64,000 nt of DNA, taken from Sedimentisphaerales bacterium. GTDB taxonomy: Bacteria > Planctomycetota > Phycisphaerae > Sedimentisphaerales > SM23-30. A program made the translations under genes and the position numbers. Under the pieces are notes generated by a model. That model saw only the letters and a program-made list of their open reading frames with translations, ran no database searches and was not told where the DNA came from. The DNA is taken from positions 2,753-66,752 of the forward strand of contig JAFGKT010000064.1 of assembly GCA_016928435.1 (NCBI GenBank). Reading direction: 5' to 3'. How positions within the stretch are numbered: position 1 is the stretch's first letter; each line of letters opens with the position of its first letter. This document shows, piece after piece, positions 19,528-27,358 of this stretch.

Positions 19528-20385
19528 ATGGGTTTGAAGATATGGCTAAACGACAAGTTGGTTGATGAGGCTGATGCGAAAGTTTCGGTTTTTGATCATG
19601 GTTTGCTCTATGGCGACGGTGTTTTTGAGGGGATTCGCGTTTATAGCGGCAAGGTTTTTGAACTGAAGGCTCACATTGACCGGCTTTATGAGTCAGCGTC
19701 GGCGATCCGGTTGAAGATGCCGGTTGATCGGGAGACGATGACTGATTATCTGCTGCAGACGGTGGCGGCGAACAATCTGGATGACGGTTATGTTCGGTTG
19801 GTGGTGACTCGCGGGGTTGGGACGCTGGGTCTGAATCCGCTGGTTTGCGAGAAGGGGCAGATTATAATTATTGCCGCGACGATCCAATTGTATCCGCGGG
19901 AAATATACGAGAATGGTCTGAAGGTTATCAGTGCCAACACGATGCGGAATCATCCTTTGGCGGTTAGTCCACAGATCAAGAGTCTGAACTATCTGAACAA
20001 CATATTGGCTAAGCTGGAAGCCTTGGATCGCGACATGTTGGAAGCAATCATGTACAACCACATGGGGTATGTGGCTGAGGCTACTGGTGACAATGTTTTT
20101 GTTGTGAGAGCCGGTAAGGTTTATTCGCCTCCTATCTCTGCAGGTTCGCTGGAGGGGATTACTCGCGCGGTGGTGATTAAGTTGGCGCGTGAGTTGGGTT
20201 ATGATGTTCTGGAGCAGAATTTGACTCGCTACGATCTTTATGTGGCTGACGAGATATTTTTGACGGGTACTGCGGCGGAAGTTATCGGGGTGGTTGAGAT
20301 TGACGGTCGCACGATTGGAATGGGTAAGCCTGGTCCGATTACGCGCGAATTGCTGGCTAAGTTTGAGGCTTATGTTCGACAATAG
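19528..20385 (+). CDS. ilvE: Branched-chain amino acid aminotransferase (class IV)
   Basis: GLLYGDGVFEGIR, VRLVVTRG, EATGDNVFVV, LEGITR motifs. ATG at 19528 follows GAAAAGG. Confidence 0.88.
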   Translation: MGLKIWLNDKLVDEADAKVSVFDHGLLYGDGVFEGIRVYSGKVFELKAHIDRLYESASAIRLKMPVDRETMTDYLLQTVAANNLDDGYVRLVVTRGVGTLGLNPLVCEKGQIIIIAATIQLYPREIYENGLKVISANTMRNHPLAVSPQIKSLNYLNNILAKLEALDRDMLEAIMYNHMGYVAEATGDNVFVVRAGKVYSPPISAGSLEGITRAVVIKLARELGYDVLEQNLTRYDLYVADEIFLTGTAAEVIGVVEIDGRTIGMGKPGPITRELLAKFEAYVRQ

Positions 20386-20487
20386 AGCATAAGTAAGCGT
20401 TCACAGACAGTCAGCATGGGCTGATGATCCCATCCTATGGGACTATGTTCGGCCATAGAATTTGAGTCGCAGGGATCGGATTAGGAT

Positions 20488-21186
20488 ATGAGTCAAGTTA
20501 GAGCATTGCTTTTTGATTTCGGCGGGACGTTGGACAACGACGGAGAGCATTGGTTTGCGCGGCTGTATCGTTTGATGACAAAGCAAGGGTGTGGTTTGGA
20601 TTGGGAAGTGTTCGCGGAACATGCGGACTTGGTGGCGCGGAGTTTGGAGAATTTCGCAGATACGGCGACGTTGCTGATGGGGGATTTGGTGCAGCGGATT
20701 TGTGAACAATTGCATGAGCGTTTGTTGGCGGTGGAAGGCAATGGCGGTGTTGGTTGGCAGCCGACAGAGATTGCTGGGTTGTTTATGGCTGAGTCTGAGC
20801 AGTATCTATCGCGTAACAAAGATGTGTTGCGAGATTTGGGGAAGCGGTATCGTTTGGGCTGTATCAGTAACAATTGGGGCAATACCGCGGGTTGGTGCGC
20901 GGAATTTGGTTTGGATAAATATTTTGAGACGATGATTGATTCTACGGTGGTTGGCGCTGCCAAGCCGGACCGGAAGATATTTGACGCGGCGTTAACAGAT
21001 ATGGGTTTGGCTGCGGACGATTGCGCATACGTCGGCGATTGGTTTGGAGCGGACATGGTAGGCGGGCGCGGCGTGGGGATGAAGACGGTTTGGCTGGATG
21101 ACGGCGCGAAAAACTGCCCGGATGAATCGATGGTGGACTATCGGATCAAGAGTTTGTTGGATTTGGCGGCGTTGGAGTGGGGGTAA
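20488..21186 (+). CDS. HAD family hydrolase
   Basis: Motif I LLFDFGGTL, motif III/IV KPDRKIF ... YVGDWFGADMVG. Confidence 0.8.
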   Translation: MSQVRALLFDFGGTLDNDGEHWFARLYRLMTKQGCGLDWEVFAEHADLVARSLENFADTATLLMGDLVQRICEQLHERLLAVEGNGGVGWQPTEIAGLFMAESEQYLSRNKDVLRDLGKRYRLGCISNNWGNTAGWCAEFGLDKYFETMIDSTVVGAAKPDRKIFDAALTDMGLAADDCAYVGDWFGADMVGGRGVGMKTVWLDDGAKNCPDESMVDYRIKSLLDLAALEWG

Positions 21187-21197
21187 AAAGCGGGGAT

Positions 21198-21214
21198 GGT
21201 GGGCATGGCCCACC
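21198..21214. terminator. Hairpin between convergent genes (possible bidirectional terminator)
   Basis: GGTGGGC-ATG-GCCCACC perfect 7-bp stem. Flanking U-runs are weak. Confidence 0.35.
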
Positions 21215-21220
21215 CTACTT

Positions 21221-22747
21221 TTAGAGTGAGACGGTTTCGGGGACCGGTTTTTGTGGGGTGGTTTTTTCTTTGTCGCCGGCGCGGCGTGCGAAGCGTTGCT
21301 GTTGGCGTTCTTTGACGAATTCGCAGAACTGCTGATTATCTTTGCTCCATTTTTTCATGATGGTTTTGACTGCGCGTAAACCGATAATGACTTCGTTAAT
21401 TTTGTCCCAAAGTGTAATAGGTCTTTTGAGCAGCAGTTTGAGGGTTAGAGGGTCCCATCCGCCTCCACGGTAGAATTTTTTGTGGGCTTGAAATACGACG
21501 TTTTGGAAGTCTTCGATTTCCATACGACCATGGGTGTAAGTGACGTGACAGGCATCATACCAGTCCCAGTCGTTGGGGAAGTCGTTGAGCAATAGATGTG
21601 GTTTCATCTCGTCGAACATTTCTGTGCCGGGGTAAGGTGTCAGGACGGTGATTTGCAGAGTTTGGATGTTGCAGTTTTTGGCGAACTTGACGATGTTCTC
21701 AGCGGTTTGTGCGTCTTGTTGCGGGCCCATGACAAACATCGCATGTATCCAGAAGTTGTATTCATGGAGGATTTTGGTGTCTTCTTGGAGACGGCTGACG
21801 AGGGTGTTTTCTCCTTGGTAGCCTTTGTGCCATTGTTTTGCGGTTTCATCATCGATGGTTTCGTAGCCGACATATAGCCCGGTGCATCCGGCATCTTGGA
21901 GAGCTTGGAGGAGTTCGTTATCTCGCTCATTGCGTTTGCTGTTGGTCCAATGGAGATCGACGCGGACTTGGATATTGAACATCAGGTTCATTGGCGTGAT
22001 ACGTTGGCATAGTTCTTTGGCCCAGCTTCGGCTTGCGGTGAAATTGTCATCGTAGAAGAACATATATCGGAAGCCACGTGAGGCATAGACTTTGAGGTCT
22101 TCGTGTACTTTTTCGACGGACTGGCGTCGGACTTTTCGGCCGAACATTTGTGTGACCGTGCAATAAGTGCAAGCGTGAGGGCAACCGCGAGATGCCATGA
22201 CGGGCAATTCATATAGTTCGCGTTTGCGGCAACTCTTAACGAGTTTGTCAAATTCGTGTACGAGAAAATGGTTTAGGGTTGGTATGGCGTCGAGGTCTTG
22301 AGGAGGTTCGGGTTGGACGATGCCGGGCTCGACTTGGCCGGCGGCGATATCTACAATAATGTTTTCGGCTTCACCTCGTACAACGATGTCGGCGTGTTCG
22401 ATCGCTTCATCAGGGCAGAAGGTGGCGTGTACACCGCCGATAACGACGGTTACGTTGGGCATGGCTTGTTTGATTTGATCGGCGAGTTCATAACCGCGTC
22501 GGGCGGTTGAGGTCATGATGCTGATGCCGATGACATCGGCGGTTTCGAGGTCTTGCCATATCTGAGGATCAGATTGGAGCGGGCCTGAGATGTTTTCGTT
22601 ATAGATTAGGACGTCGCAGTTTTGCTGTTCGAGAATGGTTGCCAAGGTAATCGGGCCGAGCAGAGGCCAACGAGTGATCCAAGCGTTGAGCGGACGTTCG
22701 GGACGACCTTGAGGTTCAACGAAGCGGACCTTTCTGTTACTGAGCAT
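21221..22747 (-). CDS. B12-binding domain-containing radical SAM protein
   Basis: N-terminal cobalamin-binding Rossmann region (IGISIMTSTARRGYELADQIK ... VVIGGVHATF). Radical SAM cluster motif CPHACTYC. Confidence 0.85.
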   Translation of the reverse strand: MLSNRKVRFVEPQGRPERPLNAWITRWPLLGPITLATILEQQNCDVLIYNENISGPLQSDPQIWQDLETADVIGISIMTSTARRGYELADQIKQAMPNVTVVIGGVHATFCPDEAIEHADIVVRGEAENIIVDIAAGQVEPGIVQPEPPQDLDAIPTLNHFLVHEFDKLVKSCRKRELYELPVMASRGCPHACTYCTVTQMFGRKVRRQSVEKVHEDLKVYASRGFRYMFFYDDNFTASRSWAKELCQRITPMNLMFNIQVRVDLHWTNSKRNERDNELLQALQDAGCTGLYVGYETIDDETAKQWHKGYQGENTLVSRLQEDTKILHEYNFWIHAMFVMGPQQDAQTAENIVKFAKNCNIQTLQITVLTPYPGTEMFDEMKPHLLLNDFPNDWDWYDACHVTYTHGRMEIEDFQNVVFQAHKKFYRGGGWDPLTLKLLLKRPITLWDKINEVIIGLRAVKTIMKKWSKDNQQFCEFVKERQQQRFARRAGDKEKTTPQKPVPETVSL

Positions 22748-23061
22748 GCGATGTTTCCTTTTGTCGGAGTTGATTCGAGGCGAAATTTATTCTTTTCTTA
22801 TCCTGTTGGGGTAAATAGAAAGATTTACCAATCTCTTGTGAAACGTTAATCATGGAAATAGCGTATTGTACTAGAAGACAGCGGGTTTAGAAACGCAAAA
22901 ACGACGTGGAATTTGGTGGTTGGCAAAGTTTGGTATAGGGGTTATATTGGGCGGCACATTGTGGTTAAGAGATTTGACGGGCGCCGGGTTTTTTTGTGTA
23001 AGTGATTTTATCGCAAGCGTTTACGTTGAGTAGTTCATAAGGTTATGTTCTAGGTCTATGG

Positions 23062-23090
23062 CCATCCCAACCTTAGGGGATGGTTTTTTT
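23062..23090 (+). terminator. Intrinsic terminator hairpin 22 nt upstream of the isochorismatase-operon start (candidate attenuator)
   Basis: Stem CCATCCC (23062-23068) / GGGATGG (23077-23083) followed by T7 (23084-23090). Confidence 0.6.
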
Positions 23091-23112
23091 GTGGACATAG
23101 AGCAAGGCCTTT

Positions 23113-23778
23113 ATGAAGCGTAAGTATTTTGATATTAATGATTTAACGAAGCAAGGGCCGGTTTTGCGCGGTGAAGCGGGGGCGACGGGGGGCAGATTTC
23201 GTTTTGATTTGGGTCGAGCAGGTCTATTGTTGTTGGACATGCAGAGGTATTTTTTGGATCGGGAGGGGCACGCATGGATTCCGAGCGGGGAAGTGATTTT
23301 GCCCGGGTTAGTGCGGTTGGCGGAAGTGTTTGGGCGGGCGGGTCGGCCGGTGGTTTTGACGCGGCATTTGAACAATGAGGCGGACGCGGGGATGATGGGA
23401 TGTTGGTGGCGCGGATTGATTGAGCGAGAGCGGCCGGACAGTGAAGTAGTGGGGCAGTTGGCGGATTACGCGGCTCGCGGGGAGGCGCGATTGCTGGAGA
23501 AGGAACAGTATGACGCGTTTTATGAGACGGATTTGGAGCAGTGGCTGCGGGCGCAGGGTGTGGAGCAGATTGTGATCGGGGGCGTGATGGCGAATTTGTG
23601 TTGTGAGACGACGGCGCGAAGCGGTTTTGTGCGGGGGTTCGAGGTGTTCTTTTTGGTAGATGGCACAGCGGCGTACAATCGGGAATTGCATTTAGCGACA
23701 TTGCGGAATATTGGTTTTGGTTTTGGGGAGTTGGTGACGGTGGCTGAGGTGGCGGCGATGATGGGGGATGATAGATGA
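23113..23778 (+). CDS. Isochorismatase-family (cysteine) hydrolase
   Basis: Catalytic-triad context LLLLDMQ, KEQYDAF, VMANLCCETTARS. Confidence 0.85.
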   Translation: MKRKYFDINDLTKQGPVLRGEAGATGGRFRFDLGRAGLLLLDMQRYFLDREGHAWIPSGEVILPGLVRLAEVFGRAGRPVVLTRHLNNEADAGMMGCWWRGLIERERPDSEVVGQLADYAARGEARLLEKEQYDAFYETDLEQWLRAQGVEQIVIGGVMANLCCETTARSGFVRGFEVFFLVDGTAAYNRELHLATLRNIGFGFGELVTVAEVAAMMGDDR

Positions 23779-24665
23779 TGTGTAAAGATGTGGTGATAGT
23801 AGGCGCGGGAGCCGCGGGCTTGGCGGCTGGCTTGCAGTTAAAGCGGTATGGTCGAGATGTGATGGTGTTGGAGGCGGCGCACATCGGAGGGTTGTTGCAC
23901 AACGCGAACTTGGTGGAGAATTATCTAGGGACAGGCAAGGCGGTTGGTGGGGTGGAACTGGCTGAGCGGATGGCGAGGCAAGCGGATGAGGTTGGGTTGG
24001 AGATACGCGGGGAAGAAGTGTTGGAGGTGAAGTTGGGCGATGATGGTTGGCAGGTGTGCAGCGGGGCGGGGGAATATAAAGCGTCGGCGGTGGTGGTAGC
24101 TTCGGGTACGGTGGCTAAGGGGTTGGAAGGGGTGGTGGTTGAAGATGAGGTTAGCGAATGGGTGCGGTATGAGGTGGTGGAATTAGGGGATGTGAGCGGC
24201 GGTCTGATAGCGATTGTGGGGGCGGGTGACGCGGCGTTTGATTATGCGTTGAACTTGGCGGGGCGGGACAATCGCGTGGTGATTATGAATCGAGGCAGTG
24301 AAGTGCGGGCGTTGAGGTTGTTAGTGGAGAGAGTAGGGGAGGATGAGCGAATTGAATATCGGGAAGGGGCAGCGGTAAAGGCGGTGCGAGTTGGGAAAGC
24401 GAAGCATGTATTGGTGGAGTGGGAGTGCGGTAGCGAAGTGGGCAGGGAAGAATTTGATTATGTTTTGGGTGCGATTGGTCGGGAAGCACGATTGGAATTT
24501 TTGGCAGAACGGTGGCATAGTGCGGGCATAGACGACGAAACGGCGGGTTTGTTTATGGCGGGGGATGTAGTGAATGGGCGTTATCGTCAGGCAGCGATAG
24601 CGGTGGGGGATGGTTTGCGAACAGCGATGAAGGTGCAAGAGTTTTTGCAGGAAAGACGAATATGA
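23775..24665 (+). CDS. NAD(P)/FAD-dependent oxidoreductase (thioredoxin-reductase-like fold, no CxxC)
   Basis: GxGxxG VVIVGAGAAGLAAG and a second dinucleotide motif AIVGAGDAAFDYA. The start overlaps the upstream stop by 4 nt. Confidence 0.8.
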   Translation: MMCKDVVIVGAGAAGLAAGLQLKRYGRDVMVLEAAHIGGLLHNANLVENYLGTGKAVGGVELAERMARQADEVGLEIRGEEVLEVKLGDDGWQVCSGAGEYKASAVVVASGTVAKGLEGVVVEDEVSEWVRYEVVELGDVSGGLIAIVGAGDAAFDYALNLAGRDNRVVIMNRGSEVRALRLLVERVGEDERIEYREGAAVKAVRVGKAKHVLVEWECGSEVGREEFDYVLGAIGREARLEFLAERWHSAGIDDETAGLFMAGDVVNGRYRQAAIAVGDGLRTAMKVQEFLQERRI

Positions 24666-25606
24666 AGATTATTTCTAAGGTAGTCAACGACGCGGTGGCG
24701 TCGGTTTATGTGGCTGAATTTAGCGAAGGTCGCCGGGTGGAGTTTGTAGAGTCGGTGCAGCCGCCTTTGTCTCGTGACAAGAAGTGGGTGGTGATTGTAT
24801 CGACGTTGTTTGGTTGCCCGGTGGGTTGTAAGATGTGCGACGCGGGGGGCGGTTACGCGGGTCAGTGCAGCGCGGATGAGATGCTGGCGCAGATTGATTA
24901 TTTGATTGGTACACGTTTTCCGAATGGGAAGGTGGAGACGGAGAAGTTTAAGGTGCAATTCGCGCGGATGGGTGAGCCGGCGTTTAATGGGGACGTGTTG
25001 GCGGTTTTGGAGCAGTTGCCTGGCCGATACGGGGTGGATGGTTTGATACCGTCGGTTTCGACGATTGGGCCTAGCGGGCGGGAGGCGTTTTTTGAAAAGC
25101 TGTTGGCGATCAAACAAGAGTTGTATGGGGGCGGGTATTTTCAGATGCAGTTTTCGCTGCACAGTACGGATGAAGCGAAGCGGGATTGGCTGATACCGGT
25201 ACGCAAATGGAGTTTTGAGCGGATCGCGGAATACGGTGAAGCGTTTTGGGAACCGGGCGATAGGAAGGTGACGTTGAATTTCGCGTTGGGTAAGGATGTG
25301 CCTTTGGAGGCGGGGGTGTTGAAGCGTTATTTTGATCCGCGGAAGTTTGTGGTTAAGATTACGCCTTTGAATCCGACGTATAACGCGGCTGCGAATGATT
25401 TGGTTTCGCATATTGATCCAGATGCAGATTGCAGGGATGACGCGGTGTTGCAGGATTTACGGCAAGCGGGGTACGATGTGATTTTGAGTATCGGTGAGGT
25501 GGAGGAGAATAAGATCGGCAGTAATTGCGGGCAGTATTTGGCGCGGTATATGGAAGCGGATCGGGCGGTTGAAGGAGGTTATAGTTATCCGGTGGAGCAG
25601 ATGTGA
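24662..25606 (+). CDS. Radical SAM protein, RlmN/Cfr-like core
   Basis: CX3CX2C = CPVGCKMC. MGEPAFN, SVSTIG, QFSLHS and TPLNPT blocks parallel RlmN. C-terminal NCGQY resembles the RlmN AACGQL. The start overlaps the upstream stop by 4 nt. Confidence 0.75.
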   Translation: MKIISKVVNDAVASVYVAEFSEGRRVEFVESVQPPLSRDKKWVVIVSTLFGCPVGCKMCDAGGGYAGQCSADEMLAQIDYLIGTRFPNGKVETEKFKVQFARMGEPAFNGDVLAVLEQLPGRYGVDGLIPSVSTIGPSGREAFFEKLLAIKQELYGGGYFQMQFSLHSTDEAKRDWLIPVRKWSFERIAEYGEAFWEPGDRKVTLNFALGKDVPLEAGVLKRYFDPRKFVVKITPLNPTYNAAANDLVSHIDPDADCRDDAVLQDLRQAGYDVILSIGEVEENKIGSNCGQYLARYMEADRAVEGGYSYPVEQM

Positions 25607-25614
25607 GAGTCGGC

Positions 25615-26187
25615 TTAATCGTTGTGTTTTTGGCGTAGTCGGTTGCTTAGGCGGAGCATGATTTGGACGCGTTCGGTTTCGTTGAGCCAATCTTGGGTGA
25701 CGGCGGCGATTTCTTCGGCTGGGGGCAGGAACAAACCGGTGGAGCAGGCGCTGCCTAGCTGCTGCTGGGCGAGGGCGCGGTAACGGTTGAGAGTGCGGTC
25801 GCCATACGCGGCGCAGAAGGCGAAGTCTTCAGCGAGGAAAAGGGCGACGGGTACTCGGGTGCCGGCGCAGATTGTTATTTGGTCGCGAAGTTGGGGTGCG
25901 GAATCGCGGTCGATGAATCGGAGGTTAATTTGGGGACAGGCGTTGGCGATTTGGGCGATGATGGGGCCTTGAGCTACGCAGTCGCCGCAACCTAGGGTGC
26001 TGGAGACGAGGATGTTCATTTGGCGTGTGAAGGTATCTAGGAGTTGTTTTTGCTGGTTGGTGAGTTGGACGGCGTTGTAGGATGTGGTCCAGTTTTGTTT
26101 TTGTTGGTCGCTGCCGGTAGCGATGTATTGTTCGTAGGGCAGAGCTTGTTGGAAGAACTGTTCTAGTTGGTCGGTGGTAAGAGGCAT
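25615..26187 (-). CDS. Thioredoxin-like family protein
   Basis: CGDC redox motif in LGCGDCVAQGP; about 190 aa; last gene of the minus-strand operon. Confidence 0.6.
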   Translation of the reverse strand: MPLTTDQLEQFFQQALPYEQYIATGSDQQKQNWTTSYNAVQLTNQQKQLLDTFTRQMNILVSSTLGCGDCVAQGPIIAQIANACPQINLRFIDRDSAPQLRDQITICAGTRVPVALFLAEDFAFCAAYGDRTLNRYRALAQQQLGSACSTGLFLPPAEEIAAVTQDWLNETERVQIMLRLSNRLRQKHND

Positions 26188-26212
26188 AAGATTATCCTGC
26201 TTGGTCTGGCGG

Positions 26213-27358
26213 TTAAGATTGCGCGGGACGGGAGCGGACGAGTTTGAGCATGACGATGATGGTGATGAGGCAGATAACAGCTAGGATGGCAAAAGCGATG
26301 ATAGCGGAATTATGATTTTGTACTTGCCAACCGGTGGTGGAGTTTGGGTTGTAGATATCTAGATTGCCTGCGATGTCGCGAGAGAGATAATAAGTGCGTA
26401 TGTGTTGACGTACGATTAGATTTCCGGCGAGGCTGAGGGCGGTCAGAATGGTGGTGATGGCCAGGGAGAAGCGGCCGGCGGCTTTGAATGCGGCGACGAT
26501 GCCGGTCAGTAGAGCTAGGCCGATCAGAAACAGAGAAGCGTACCAAATTATGGATATGGAATTTGAGGTATGAAGGAGTTGGGATTGCAGGGGCTTCGGT
26601 AAGGTTTGGAGATACCAGATGGTAAAGGCGATTTGCAGAGGGAGGCCAAGGAAGAAGTATTGCAGGCCGATGCGCGTGGCGTGGCGGTTGATGTTAGTTT
26701 GAGTGAGTTGGGAATCAGGGGCGGGTTTGGATCGGCTTAGCCAAGCCCAGGCTAGTCCGCCCAAGGTGATAATGATGGCGAGATTATGCAGCAATCTTGG
26801 GCCTACGATGGGGTCGGGAACGTGCAGGGCGGAGGTGTGGCGATGAAACTCGATCCAGTGTTCCGGTTGGATGGTGAGTACGGAATTATTGGTCATGATG
26901 TAAAGGATGGCGATGAATGCCAGGGGCATGAGCAATGTGCAAATGAAACCGATTAGGCTTTGCTTGAGGCGAGCGAGATAGGTGCTGATGAATCCGATGA
27001 GCAGCAGGGCGAGTACGGCTAGCCAAAACGGGGCGATGAAGATAGAAGCGGTATAGAACCACGGTCCGTACAGGCATTGGGTAAAAAGCAATGGCGCGAC
27101 GCCGAAGTTGATGGCCAAGGAAATACACAACGGCAAGGAACGGAGCGCGCGGCTGTTTATTTGTCGGTCGATTTCGGAGCGATTACGCAGAAGCAAGCAG
27201 CGCAATAGGAGGATGCAAGATATTCCGACAACGGCGCTGACGAAGATTAGGTGAATCCAGAAGGTTATGGTGGAGAGAGTTACCAGCAGCCACGCAGGAG
27301 CGGGCAGAGCGAGATGTTGGTAGGCTGGGATGTGAGGGGCGGCGGCAGCAGCTATCAT
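26213..27358 (-). CDS. Polytopic membrane protein (possible partner subunit of the bd-like oxidoreductase)
   Basis: About 9-10 hydrophobic segments. Its start overlaps the upstream gene stop by 4 nt (27355-27358). No family motif recognised. Confidence 0.6.
   Translation of the reverse strand: MIAAAAAPHIPAYQHLALPAPAWLLVTLSTITFWIHLIFVSAVVGISCILLLRCLLLRNRSEIDRQINSRALRSLPLCISLAINFGVAPLLFTQCLYGPWFYTASIFIAPFWLAVLALLLIGFISTYLARLKQSLIGFICTLLMPLAFIAILYIMTNNSVLTIQPEHWIEFHRHTSALHVPDPIVGPRLLHNLAIIITLGGLAWAWLSRSKPAPDSQLTQTNINRHATRIGLQYFFLGLPLQIAFTIWYLQTLPKPLQSQLLHTSNSISIIWYASLFLIGLALLTGIVAAFKAAGRFSLAITTILTALSLAGNLIVRQHIRTYYLSRDIAGNLDIYNPNSTTGWQVQNHNSAIIAFAILAVICLITIIVMLKLVRSRPAQS

Noticed and set aside
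20395-20440. AAGCGTTCACAG (identical to the MITE left terminus) followed by a CAGCATGGGCTG palindrome downstream of ilvE.
   Set aside because: Only about 12 nt match and there is no right end or duplication. It may be a solo end or a miniature derivative, but this is too short to call.
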